A stretch of 64,000 bases of DNA from Balanoglossus misakiensis (taxonomy: Eukaryota > Animalia > Hemichordata). Shown here one piece after another: positions 13,001 through 26,188 of the stretch. The stretch covers positions 17,593,028 through 17,657,027 of the forward strand of contig CM082576.2 in NCBI GenBank assembly GCA_040954595.2. The letters run 5' to 3'. The position numbers and the translations under genes are program-made. Numbering within the stretch: the stretch's first letter is position 1; the number at the start of each line of letters is the position of its first letter. The notes under the pieces are model-generated. The model made no database searches. It saw nothing but the letters and a program-made list of their open reading frames with translations, and was not told where the DNA came from.

Positions 13001-15199
13001 ACTTTAAAGTTTTTTCTTATGGCATGGGATAGACAATTCCCTTGTATTAGAGCAGATAACATAAGCCTTCCCCTACCCGATTAGTGGTTTAAATTCAAAC
13101 TTTCTCAAAGGGGCCACGGTGTGCATGACAATCGAGAAATGACAATGGACATACTGTAGTTTAGGGGTGGACCATGTGATTTCTGGGGGACGGCTGGAGG
13201 AATTGGGTATGACGATATTTTTTCTTCTCCAAACAGGTTGTTTTGAAAGTCTTATCAGAAACATTTTTTACTCAGCCCGACTCACGAACGCTGCCCTCTA
13301 GTGGCTACTAAATTGACCAATCAGAGTGCGGCATTCTGGAAATTAACAGCTCACTCATATGCCGTCTTGTCGACAGTAAAGGCTCGAAAAACCCCGTTTT
13401 TGAACATAATTTGATCATAGAAATAAAACACGATCACAAATTTAGAAATTTACATTATGTGTGAAACACCAGACATTTTTTCCGTATGATACAACATCTG
13501 TGTTTATTTTACGGAGAGTTGAAATTGATATATCCAATTTTAAAGTAGGGTCTTAGAAAGTTAATTAGCTGTGTTTTGGGCACCATTACATGAAAACGGA
13601 GGGGGCGATATCCATTTAAAAAACATTTTTGAGTTTTTCTTCATCATAACAGTTTAAAAATATAAAAGCGCCTCTTTCTAAAACCCCGTATGACCGTGTT
13701 GAATTCCACGCCCGATAATATATCAAGCTCAACACTTATTTATGACAAAATGGCCAAAAATAAAAGAAAAATGAAAATTCCTGCATTTTAAAAAAAGTGC
13801 AATATTGCAATGAAAAATGAAAATCTGATGTCTCAGTGGTGTACATTTACTTCCATGAGCTCATGAGCTCAAGTGGACGAGATCATGTTTTGTTTATGAA
13901 GTTTCATAACCTGAAATGCAACATTTTCATTGTTTCTTGCATTTTCCCACGGTGGAGGCCATAATCGCTTGCGGCAAAGCTTTATTATTTATCTGGTTAA
14001 AACTTGCATATGCACTCATATTTAGGGTTTATAATGCTTGTGTATAGTTCACTGCCTTCATCTGCATGGACTAATGGTAGTGCAGTTTGAAAAAAAACAT
14101 TGAAAATTATCCCAAAAGTTACAGCTTACGTGCCTTTAATGAGAGGCATCTGCGCAGCCATATCTATGGGTATCTCCCGCGCTTGGAATGTTACTTGACG
14201 TCAGATAATTAATTCATTATCTTCTGGACCAATCAGCGTTGACGTTGCCTGTTTATTCAGATATAAAAGCGCGCTTTTTCCCGGGGAAATTTTCGCGGTA
14301 TTTTTAATGTTTCTTTAGAGAGTTCTTCATCATTGTAGTTGGTGGTATTGACAGACCCGACCATCTTCTAACTTGGCTAATATAGCTACCCAAATGTCTA
14401 ATGAAGAAGTCCATACTAACCATCAAACTAACTGAGTGAGAACATAATCAACCGATGGGCGATTTTGCAGCGCTCAATCGATAATGTCCCTGCTGCATGA
14501 ACATTTTTTAAAGACAATCTTTTTTTTACCGAGTCAAAACATGCCATCTAAAATGTTTGTAGATACAATTTTACCTTGCTAATATTGTGGATACAAATTA
14601 TATTGGGATGCAACAATTGAATTGGATAGGCCAGTGCATCATTACTAATACCAGAATGGATTTTTTCTCCGCTGCTTCAGAGGCTGGTCGATTCTGAGGG
14701 TGTTGCGACACAGCGCGGTACTACTACTAGAATCGGAATGATCGTGCGCTTCGCGCCACAATTTTAGTTTGCCGCACGATGATGTTGCAGGTGAAAATAA
14801 TGGCAGTTACGCAAATATTATACTAAACACGGTCACTCCACACAAAGTTATGCGGTCCCAAAATTTGCAGCGACAACATCCAAATCAAATACATTTGGTT
14901 TCAGGCCTGATTTGGTTTGAAGCATTTAATGGGGGTCACCCCAGGGGATTCACCGAATGCTAATTTAGCGCCGAAAAACTACGATTACTCATCTCGTGAA
15001 TAACAGCTAGTTTGTCAACAAATTACATATCTTTTCGTTTACACTCATCATAAAAAACTGTAAATAGCTTTGCGCCAAGCAATGACATCGGATTCGGGGA
15101 ATTATATCATGACTGTCCGCTCTCTGATGGAAGACGTGGCGTATCCGGTTTTGCGCACTTCCCTGTGCTCAGTAATTAGGGTTCAGATCCATACCTTCA

Positions 15200-15730
15200 G
15201 ACCTCGGAGTACATGGCCATATACAGACAGACACACACACATAGCGAGAGATCAATGGGCAAGCACTGACTGCCCATAAGCTGCCAATGGCATATTTACT
15301 GTACATATACTAAATAGAACAACTGGCCTCTTTAAAACTTAGCCAGTTATGTAATCATTCATGAATTTGCTGTGTATATAAATATCACAGGATGGGGTTC
15401 CTGCCTAATTAAAACAACTCAATAAAGTAAATACACACCACTTTGCAAAGCAATCTGACCAGTAGTTCTTGAGTTTTGACCAAATTCACATTTTTCCAGC
15501 TAATTTGCATATTTTTGGCGATGACACCTTCATTTGAACAAACTCCCATCTACAGCCCAGCCTGCATCTGCATACCAAATATCAAGGTGATACACACAGC
15601 GGTTTTCAAGTTTTTGATGTGGACAGACATACAGACTTAAATCCATCCATACATCCATCCATCCATCCATAGATACAGACACAACCGATCCCATAAGGTC
15701 CCATGGTATATACCAATGGGACCTAAAAAT
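15200..15730 (-). mobile_element. Partial non-autonomous Helentron/DINE-1-like element (ggtccc family)
   Basis: (ATCC)n microsatellite and terminal hairpin aggtcccatggtatataccaatgggacctaaaaa. Homologous to 17210-17517 and 31370-31855. Confidence 0.7.
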
Positions 15731-15771
15731 GGCAAATGGAAATAATTCCCTTCCTACCTACCCTATATTTA

Positions 15772-17517
15772 TAAAATAGCGTCAAGGACACTGTGGTCCC
15801 ATTTGAGAACATAGCAATAAGCATATCTGCTCTGGATGCCAAGATATGAAAAAGTAGGTCAAAGGTCACCTGAGGTCATGCAAAATTTGGGCAAGAAATT
15901 TTGACCCTATACTGGTCCATGTTCAAGAAAAACCAAACCTATAGCCTTATTGGTTAGCCTGGAATTGGGTATGCACATAATTAATGAGATATGCAGGTGT
16001 CACAGGTGACCCCCAATTTTGGCTTTTTAAATTTAGTCCCAACCCTCCAAACGCGAAGTCTGTACCTGCTCTGGATGCCAAGATATGATAAAGTAGGTCA
16101 AAGGTCACCTGAGGTCATGCAAAATTTGGGCAAGAAATTTTGACCTTATACTGGTCCATGTTCAATAAAAACCAAACCTATAGCCTTATTGGTTAGCCTG
16201 GAATTAGGTATGCACATAATTAATGAGATATGCAGGTGTCACAGGTGACCCCCAATTTTGGCTTTTCAATTTTAGTGCCAATCCTCCAAACGCCAAGTCT
16301 GTACCTGCTCTGGATGCCAAGACATGGAAAAGTAGGTCAAAGGTCACCTGAGGTCATGCAAAATTTGGGCAAGAAATTTTGACCCTATACTGGTCCATGT
16401 TCAACAAAAACCAAACCTATAGCCCTATTGGTTAGCCTGGAATTAGGTATGCACATAATTAATGAGATATGCAGGTGTCACAGGTGACCCCCAATTTTGG
16501 CTTTTCAATTTTAGTGCCAATCCTCCAAACGCCAAGTCTGTACCTGCTCTGGATGCCAAGATATGGTAAAGTAGGTCAAAGGTCACCTAAGGTCATGCAA
16601 AATTTGGGCAAGAAATTTTTACCCTATACTGGTCCATGTTCAACAAAAACCAAACCTATAGCCCTATTGGTTAGCCTGGAATTAGGTATGTACATAATTA
16701 ATGAGATATTCAGGAGTCACAGGTGACCCATATTTTGGCTTTTCAATTTTAGTCCCAACCCTTCAAACGCCAAGTCTGTACCTGCTGTGGATGCCCAGAT
16801 ATAGGAAAGTAGGTCAAAGGTCACCTGAGGTCACCCAAAATTTGGGCAAGAAATTTTGACCCTATACTGGTCCATGTCCCACAAGAACGAAACCTCTAGC
16901 CCTATTAGTTAGCCCGGGATTAGGTATGCACATAATTAATGTGTTAAGCAGGTGTTACAGGTGAGCCCAAAATTTTGCCTTTTATTTTGGCCCCATTGTG
17001 CTCACTGACCAATAGACAGTCACTGTACAGGACTATTGCACAGACCAGAATTCCACAATAAGACGTGGACATAGCTTAACCATAGAGGTATAGGTAAAGG
17101 TATAAATTTAATAAAAATACTAAAAAATTCATAAAAAATAAAACATCCACGATATCAACTGAACACTTACAGGTCGGTGTGAGGTTGACATATGGTACGT
17201 GCATACCAATTTCCAAAGCAATCTGACCAGTAATTGTTGACTTACAGAGTTTTGATAAATTTCACATTTTACAAGCTAATTTGCATATTTTTGGGCCTGG
17301 CAACTTCGTTTGGACAAACTCCCATCTACAGCCCAGCCTGCACCTACACACCAAATATTGAGGTGATACGCGCAGCGGTTTTCAAGTTTTTGATGTGGAC
17401 GGACATACAGACATACATCCATACATACATCCATCCATCCATCCATACATACACACACACGCAACCCATCCCATAAGGTCCCATGGTATATAGGCCTATA
17501 CCAATGGGACCTAAAAA
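15772..17517 (-). mobile_element. Non-autonomous Helentron/DINE-1-like element carrying a 239-bp tandem array
   Basis: Subterminal inverted repeats ggtcccatt / aatgggacc, terminal hairpin, ACAT/ATCC microsatellite, internal tandem repeats, ends in A/T runs. Confidence 0.75.
15827..16990. repeat. Tandem array, 239-bp unit, ~4.8 copies
   Basis: ctgctctggatgcc recurs at 15827, 16066, 16305 and 16544, with a variant at 16782. Confidence 0.95.
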
Positions 17518-18296
17518 GTTAAGTAATACGTACCTCTCTGCGAAGAGTGGGGTCTTGAAGATTTGACCGTCATTTTGTATCCCTGGATAACACCTTTGAT
17601 TTTGCACTGAACTTTCAGGCAAAAATCTGCCCGAGAAATAAACTTTTGCTTTCGGCGTATGCCGATTTCCTTGCCATGGTTCGGGAAATCGTTCGGCACG
17701 TCTTCCACGATCATGGCGATCCCAATCTGATCTTCACGACAAGTGACGACAAAAAGCGTGAAAGTTCATTTTATACTGCAGCTATTGCGCAATATTGGCG
17801 AATTATTGGAATTAAGGCGCCATCATCAAAATCATCGCGGGCTAGTTATACTTTGCGAAACAGGGAAACATGTCGATACCATTATTAACGATGAGATGCA
17901 CCTTTTATGACACTTGTTTTTAATCGATTTTTTTCTCCTTGTATTTCATGTTTCCCACCGACACATTATGTATTTTCTGTTAGCTCTAAACTTGACGTTT
18001 ATGAAAATCTGGTTTATTACCCAAAATTTCTGTTTTCTTTCTCGTTTTGCTAAAAATGCACGATTTTAAGTTTTTTTTACTCAAAGGAGTGGCAATAAAA
18101 AAGACAATCGAGGACGGTCACGGAAAGTGACTTGGCGAAAATGCAGCCCCTACTGCACTCATCCTCTTCTGTAAGTAGCAGCTCTCTGCCACCAACCAAT
18201 GTGGCAAATGACACTACTTCTCAGGTCCTTTCTTGCGTTGAAAGTACTTCTTAACGACCTATCCGTTTAAATATTCATTCTGACAGCGAGGTTGAA

Positions 18297-19757
18297 ACAA
18301 GTGACCTATCGGTCAAAAGAGCTCTGCTGACTTTAATAGTGAAACCTATAGCTGGGCAATGATATGAATACCCTAGGTTTTAACCATAACAATTGTGATC
18401 TATTAAACAAAACCAAACATAGACATCACAAGTATTTTATCCAAATTCAGCTTGATTCATTGTGCTAAAGAAAGAATTTACCTAAAGAACAACATCAAAA
18501 GGAAGCACCAAGGTTCTAATTTGCATATTCATGACCCCATCAAAATTCCAATTAACAAAATCAGGTAGGGGCACCATAACACACATTCCTACCAAATTTC
18601 AGCTCCATCAAACATGTATTTAGGGAGACGATTTTTTACCAAAAATTCTATTTTTATATCTCATTTGCATATTTATGACCCCATGATATCCCAATTAACA
18701 AAATCAGGTAGGGGCACCATAACACACATTCCTACCAAATTTCAGCTCCATCGTACATGTAGTTGTGGAGAAGAAGATTTTTGACCAAAAATTCTATTTT
18801 TAGATCTAATTTGCATATTCATGACCCCATCAAATCCAAATTAACAAAATCAGGTAGGGACACTATAACACACATTCCCACCAAATTTCAGCTCCATCGT
18901 ACATGTAGTTAGGGAGAAGAAGATGTTTTACCAAAAAATCTATTTTTAGATCTAATTTGCATATTCATGACCCGATCATATCCAAATTAACAAAATTAGG
19001 TAGGGACACTATAACACACATTCCTACCAAATTTCAGCGCCATCGTACATGTAGTTAGGGAGATGAAATTTTTTTACCAAAAATTCTATTTTTAGATCTC
19101 ATTTGCATATTTATGACCCCATCATATCCAAATTAACAAAATCAGGTAGGGCCACCATAACACACATTCCTACCAAATTTCAGCTCCATCGTACATGTAT
19201 TTAGGGAGAAGATTTTTTTACCAAAAATTCTATTTTTAGATCTAATTTGCATATTTATGACCCCATCATATCCAAATTAACAAAATCAGGTAGGGCCACC
19301 ATAACACACATTCCTACCAAATTTCAGCTCCATCGTACATGTAGTTATGGAGAAGAAGATTTTTGACCAAACATTCTATTTTTAGATCTAATTTGCATAT
19401 ACATAACCCATCAAATCCAAATTTACAAAATCAGGTAGGGGCACCATGACACACATTCCTACCAAATTTCAGCTCCATTGTACATGTAGTTGTGGAGAAG
19501 AAGATTTTTACCAAAACTTCTATTTTTAGATCTAATTTGCATATTCATGACCCTATCAAATCCAAATTAACAAAATCAGTTAAGGGCACCATAACACACA
19601 TTCAAACCAAATTTCAGCTAAATATGCCAAGTTGTTTTAAAGAAGAAGATTGAAATACCAAAAGTTGACGGACGACGGACGACGGACGCCGGGTGACGGA
19701 CGGACACTTATCAACCTACTGCATCAGCTCGGCTGACACAAGTGACAGCAGAGCTAA
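18297..19757 (-). mobile_element. Non-autonomous Helentron/DINE-1-like element inserted in the Crypton ORF
   Basis: acaag + hairpin tgacctatcggtca + subTIR agctctgctg at one end; (GACG)n microsatellite and subTIR/IR cagcagagct at the other. The flanks rejoin as ..SDSEVE|KIAYGRIPK.. Confidence 0.85.
18516..19650. repeat. Tandem array, 144-146-bp unit, ~8 copies
   Basis: atttgcat at 18519, 18663, 18809, 18955, 19101, 19245, 19391 and 19535. Confidence 0.95.
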
Positions 19758-21615
19758 AAATAGCATATGGCCGGATTCCAAAAATTACACTGTATAAAAA
19801 CAAGTGGGCAGTCAAGACCTTCGAGTCCTGGCAAAATGCACGAAACGAGCTTGCCCAGGATCAGTCTTTGAATATCAGCGCTATCCAGCCAAAATTTGAG
19901 GACATGACGAAAGACGAGTTAAATTATTGCTTGTCCCGTTTTGTTTGCGAAATGAAGAAACATGACGGAAGTGATTATCCAGACCAGACTTTGAACGAAT
20001 TGGTCATGAGCATTCAAAACCACCTGTCCGCCATAGGCAAGACCCACTCCTTTTTGAATGACAAGCTACTCTAGACGGCACAATGAAAGTCAAAGGGCGT
20101 GGGTACTATAAAAAGACAGGCGCAAGTTTTATCTCTCGAAAACGAAGATAAATTGTGGAGTCTTGAATTAATAGGGGATGGCGCACCACAAACCTTACTG
20201 GACACCCAAGTTGTGATGTTTGGTATACATTGTGCACTCCGAGGAGGTAATGAACATAGAAATTTACGGCTGGGACAAATTTCAAAAAAGGATTGTGAAA
20301 AGCTGGGTAAATATTATCTTAAATACAGAGAGGACGTGTCCAAAACAAACAGCGGGGGCTTGTATTCCAGGAAGGTACAACAGAAAGTCACAACAGCATT
20401 TGAAAATAAGGATGACAAAAACAGATGTATTGTTCGTTTGTACAAACAAACTTGGTGAGTATTATTTTAATTATTGAGAACTCAAACATTTTGCTTTTAC
20501 TCGACAATGCATTGTGACTGTCAACTAAAAACCAGAAAACGCGTTTTAAGTGTAATACATGTCCATTAAAACTGTCCATTTCAATTATAGTCCCCCAGGT
20601 CGCCCAGAAGACGTATACTATCTCCAGGTTGCACGAAAAGTAACACCAACCTGTTGGTATTCATCATCTCCAGTTGGAAGAAACACCCTAAGACGGTTTC
20701 TAGACTATGTGAAAAGGATGGTATTGTAGGTCACTACACCAATCACAGTCTCCGTGCTGCTGCTGCCACTCGACTGTTTGCCGAGGGCGTCGACGAACAA
20801 CTGAACGCCGAGAAAACTGGTCACAGAAGTTCGGCAGTTAGATCATACAAAGCAAGTTGATCCCCTTTATTTGATCCGTCTCTGTGTATAGGAATCTGAT
20901 TTTAAATAACTGGGTTACTGTTGTAGACGGAATCCATTGAAGTAATGTACCTCTGAATCTAGCGACAATAACTCTTTGAAACGGAATACTTTAATTTAAT
21001 ATCTTTTCAGCGTACAAGTCTCGAGCAACAGTTCGAAGTCAGCAAAGTGATTCAAGGAAGTTTTGGTATGTCAAAAAAAAATCAAGCTTTCAGGTGAATC
21101 CGTGTGTGAGGTAGAAACGAACCCCCAACCAAAGGTTGACCCCTGCAGCGCAGAGATCACGACAGAGAAAGATGGACGAACCAAGTGTGTGCACCTGGAA
21201 GCAGTTCTTCCCGCCGGAGACAGCATATCCTTCAAAATGGATAACAACTAATTTGCTTTGTATTTTTTGCATGAATTAAAGTACCTCCTGTCAAAGCTAT
21301 CTTGTTTGTTGTAGTGAATCTTATTATGCTAGGTGCAGTGCAATATCCAGATATTGCACTGGTACCAGTGCATTATCATAGATAATGTCCCAAGAGAACA
21401 AAGAGTCTGGTCACATGTAGTGTTGTAAGTACTATTTTTTGTTCTATTGGCTAAATTATGTAGAAAACTGTCCATCTTGCGAACACAGCTTGTACATGTT
21501 ATTCACTGTTATTGTTGACGTATGAATTTTAATTCATTTGTAAACAATAAAAGTGCACTTTATATTACTAGTACGTATACAGGATGTGTTGATAAGCTGA
21601 AAACTGGACATTTAA

Positions 21616-22191
21616 AGGTCTAATGCCATGCTTTGGAAAGTTTTCATTTTTCCACGTCAAAATCTCACCTAGGGTACCTGTCTATGCATTGCCTATTGTG
21701 TCGGTTCCGAAAAATGTGCGCGAATGCCGGAATTTGCCCCCTTTTTTCATGCCTGTGATCAGGGAGCCACTTCGCACTCGAGCCAGGCGAAGGTATTTGC
21801 ATATGGACAAACAAGTACACTACGTCCTAGTGTACCATTCAGCTAACAGTAAAGTGTAATTAGCAGTCCATGAGTAATTAAGTCCACAGACAAAGACAAG
21901 CTATATAAACAGTGTTCAAAGCAAAGGAAGCCCTTGCCTTACATTACAGGCAGAGGATTTACAAAGGTGTGAAAGACTATTTGTCCACATCAAGATAAGC
22001 CTTCGACTGAACTTCGAAAAGCCGAAAAAACTCGACTGAGTTGGATTAGGGGTACACGCCCACCCGCAACTTTTACTTGCTTGTTATCTAAGCACAAGGG
22101 GCAAAACGCATTGCAAGATAGTAACATACGTTAACTTCAAGACCCAAATAGTGATTTTACGCGTGGTTGTATAGGGCATGGCATTAGACCT
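21616..22191. mobile_element. Non-autonomous Kolobok-like element
   Basis: 16-bp TIR aggtctaatgccatgc / gcatggcattagacct, with TTAA at 21612-21615 and 22192-22195. Confidence 0.85.
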
Positions 22192-23438
22192 TTAAACACA
22201 CTGTAGGGAGAAGAACTGGAATAGATGGTTCATTTGATAGTATCATGATACACTGAACAAAAAATATCAACAAAATCTTAAAAAGTTACATCAACTGTCC
22301 CTTTAAATACTGGATCAAAATATTTTTTTTTAATCCAGAAAATACTCCAATACATGAAGGACATACCAAGGCCTACCGATTAATTCACAAACTGCTATTA
22401 ACTGCCCAAGCACTGCCCATGGGAAAATTATCCTAAATAAAAACAGTCAGCTAATTATGAAAAAATACAAATTGATTTTAGTCAAAGTCTCCCAGTCACA
22501 AATTTATGACCCAATAAATAGACACTTAATCAGTGTATCTATCGCATAGATAGGTCAGGAAATGTTTTTTTTTTTTTTTTAATATTCCTGTTGCAATTTT
22601 TGAAGGGGTTCAAAGTATTAGCACAGCTGGGATCAACTTCAAAATACCAAAACAAAGAGGGAGATACCTCCTGCACTGTAGATCTTGCATTTTTATTTTC
22701 ATGCTAATTCTGATGTGAATTATGGCTTTTTAACTTGTGTATTTATTTGGTTGTAAAGTGTAGGGTCAGTAAGGTCAGTAGGTACAAATCACAAAATGTA
22801 TTTTGTTGTATTAATTTTTGGGATATATTATCTTTAAATTGAATTAGCATCATAATCACAAAAAAGACAAATTTGTTCCATGCTTTTATGTTATTTAGCA
22901 CCAAAATAGTATCAAGATTTGAAGTTTATGCAAACTGACAATATTTTTCCTGTCAGTGTGAGACAAATTCAAAGAATATTGAAAAAGCTCAATCTGAGAC
23001 GTAAGAATGTTGAGGCTCCATTAGATGAAATTATTGAAGCTATACAGTATGAATTATATCAAGGTATTGGAAGATCAATGGGTGTAAGGCGTATATGGCA
23101 AGAATTAAGATTAGAACATTTACTGGTAGTGAAAAGGTATGTTATACCTGTGAAACTGTTGTTAAAAATTAAACCAAGCAAAACCGTATTAATGAATGTT
23201 AATGGAATCCAGAGAAAGCCTCAGTCCCTATTGATTAACATATTTTAGCCAGTGTTATAATTTAACGATAAAACATGATTTTCATCTCACATGAGGACAT
23301 TCAGTTTATATCTGACTTTCTGATTTGTCTCCTGGTCATGTTCCAGGGCCACCATGCAAATAGTTTTATTTATGCGCCCTTACTGATAATTAAGCAATAT
23401 TATGTAATTGTTACTGTCCCATAACTATCTCAAGTAAA

Positions 23439-25022
23439 TATTATTATTATTATTATTAGGAATTGTTTAAAATGCGCTACACATACGTCTCAGCGCATTG
23501 TACATAGCTAAAAGAGTAGATTAAAATACAAGGCTGGTAAAAATAGTTAAAAGGACACAATCGAACACGTTACACATAAAACCGAGTAAAAAGGTAAGTT
23601 TTCAAATTACGCTTAAAAATATTGACACTTCTGGCGGTTTTGATATCAAGGGGTAAATTGTTCCATAAAATAGGCGCACAAACTGAAAAAGCTCTCTGTC
23701 CGTAGGTTTTGTTAAATTTAGCATGAGGATGAGTTAAAAAGAATTGAACACTCGAGCGCAGTTCTCGAGCTGGTACATATAAATGTAAAAGATCAGTCAA
23801 ATAGGCAGGTGCCTTACCACTGATACATTTGAATGTGAGCAAGAGAATTTTAAAACTGATGCGGGCCTCTACCGGTAGCCAGTGTAAATCTTTGAGTATG
23901 GGTGTGATATGATCGGACTTGCGCGTACGAGTAACTAGCCTCGCCGCAGCATTCTGTAGAGACTGAAGTCGAGCTAGATGTCCCTTCGGGATACCAAACA
24001 AAAGACTATTACAGTAATCTAAATGAGACGTAACAAATGCATGGACTAGTTTCTCAGTTGTAGATCTGTCAAGAAGATTACGAATTTTAGCTATTCTATG
24101 CAAAGAGAAGAAACCATTTTTGCACAGCTTACTAATATGATCAGACATGCTACCATCCTGACTTAAAATAACGCCGAGATTTTTAACTGAAACTGAAGGA
24201 ATTATGTCACATTGTCCGATTCTTAGACAGTCTAATTTTGTCACATTAGATTTTAAACGTGATGAAAAGTGAATAACTTCAGTTTTATCGTCATTCAGTA
24301 CAAGCATGTTAGATTTCATCCAGCTGCGGATATCATCGACGCAGAGCTCAATGTTATTGCGAACATCGTTAGGACTGTTGCAGATGGCATAAATTTGCGT
24401 ATCGTCCGCGTATATCATGCAATCAATCCCGTGTTTTCCGAAGATGTCTTCCAGAGGTGCAGTGTAGAGTGTAAACATGAGAGGTCCTAGAACAGATCCT
24501 TGTGGAACGCCATATTTCATGCGAGAACTTGGGGATGATGCTGATCCAACGTTGACGCACTGTTGGCGATTAACGAGGTACGAACGAAACCACGATAAAG
24601 TGTTACCAGTTATTCCAAAACGATGATGTAGTCTCTGTAGCATTATTTCATGATCGATAGTGTCAAACGCCGCTGATAAATCTAACATGATAAGAATTAC
24701 ATCCTGTTTGTTATTCAAGGCAAGCATGATGTCATTGTGGACACGCGAGAGAGCAGTTTCCGTGCTATGATTAGCACGGTAAGCACTTTGAAACTTTGTG
24801 AAAAGACTAAATTTAGTGAGGTGACTGTTCAGTTGCTGAAGGACTACACGCTCGAGGAGTTTTGACAAAAACGGAAGGTTTGAAACCGGTCTGTAGTTCT
24901 TCAGAATGTTCTGATCCAGATCAACTTTCTTTAACAATGGACGAATTATTGCTGACTTGAAATGACTCGGCACGATGCCAGCTGTGAGCGAATTGTTGAA
25001 AAGATCAGCAAGGGAAGGTGCT
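23439..25022 (-). mobile_element. 5'-truncated L2/CR1-group LINE with an uninterrupted RT reading frame
   Basis: NYRPVSNL, LDLSAAFDTIDH, GVPQGSVLGP, YADD, HITPILKDLHWLPV; (TAA)n tail at 23439-23458; probable TSD aagtaaa (23432-23438, 25023-25029). Confidence 0.9.
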
Positions 25023-25128
25023 AAGTAAAGTATATCTTGGGTGGAAGCCCATCTTTGAGACACTATAGCTTTAAATTTAATAGTCAAAAATAAATTGCTC
25101 ATATGCCGGCAAGCTGAAAAATGGGTAT

Positions 25129-25661
25129 TATTACGGCTGGTTTCTCATGATTGTTCATGCATCGGGGAATCTGTAGCGATGAGGTATCGGGCTCTGACGA
25201 GAACAGTGATCCACGGAGACACGTATCTTATTCACGTTCATTTATTGTCCAGAACTACTCCAGTACATCAAATACGCCCAGTAAAGTACATGAGGAAGGG
25301 AACAAACTCAGTAGCCTGAGGTACTCCCATCTCCCGTTAGATTATTTTTCTCCCCAACTTTGGAAACAAAGTTCTCTTATAATTACTTTTCTCAAGGCGT
25401 GGTTAATAATGTAAAATATCACAAATACAATGTGTTACAATTTCATTGGACATCAGTCAACTCTATACGTACCAATTTACATAAGGTGTTATATAACAAA
25501 GTCAGTTCGATGATGATTGACAACCAGAGCAGTCAGTTAAACACCCGCTCTCCCTATCTACTTCAAATACATAAAATCAAATACTATCAAACATTGACAT
25601 TCCCGAGCTCTGGATTAATTAACCCTTGAAATCGTATTTGACCTTTATACAGATCGTAACA
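25129..25661 (-). repeat. 3' LTR (TGTTACG...CGTAATA)
   Basis: Apparently identical to 27136-27668. Confidence 0.92.
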
Positions 25662-26188
25662 CTCCCCTCCTTTTAAACCAATGCGTCCCGCATTGGACAC
25701 AAATACATCTTAGCGTTTTGTCAAAAATCCACTCTTTACAACTTCGAAAATGGCATTTTCTTCATTCGAAAATCGGATTTTCTTTGGTTTCTTTATACAA
25801 ACACATAGCCATTAAAAGGGGCTATTTACACAAATTGGACCATCTATTTTAGGTCATCAAACGAAAGGCAAATTCAACTCACAACATTTTTCTCCAGTGT
25901 TAAAATCTCTGCAACTTCAAACTTCACTGGTAATTTCTTTACAACTCAAATACATAAACACATTTAAACAGAGTGACACGGGAACCAGGTTGCACAGCAC
26001 TTACAACTAAACTCAGTAAACAACGGACTATAAAATGTCATTTGACAACTTACGTAACATTAAACGAATCAAGGGACACGCCAATCGTACACTCACTCAT
26101 ACAGGCCGGCATACACTCATACCTCTCAGTCATATTCAAATATTCATTTCAATCAACCACGTGTCTCCCTTTTCCGTTTTTTTTTCTG

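Larger units (their letters stand above)
18140..21251 (+). pseudogene. Crypton-type tyrosine recombinase (DUF3504/ZMYM-related), spliced, disrupted
   Basis: KNKWAVKTFESW, LNYCLSRFVCEMKKHDGSDYP, ALRGGNEHRNL, EDVSKTNSGG, HYTNHSLR..ATRLF, TGHRS..VRSYK|RTS (R-K-H-R-H-Y catalytic set). Introns at ~20455-20590 and 20852-21010. Contains stops and frameshifts. The 5' boundary is approximate. Confidence 0.85.

Noticed and set aside
13160-14139. Lone MITE-like ends (taggggtggacc.. at ~13162; ..gtgcct|ttaa at 14139; also ..gtccct|ttaa near 22300)
   Set aside because: No partner TIR found, so boundaries cannot be supported.
14200-15150. CCAAT/TATA-like promoter followed by possible coding remnant
   Set aside because: Frames are broken by many stops and I recognise no domain.
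15827-19650. Regularly spaced repeats as a CRISPR-like array
   Set aside because: The units are contiguous full-length repeats with no unique spacers, there are no cas genes, and the context is eukaryotic.
25023-25102. ATG-initiated start of the 510-aa RT ORF
   Set aside because: These first residues lie outside the probable TSD and lack LINE motifs; this is chance read-in from the flank.
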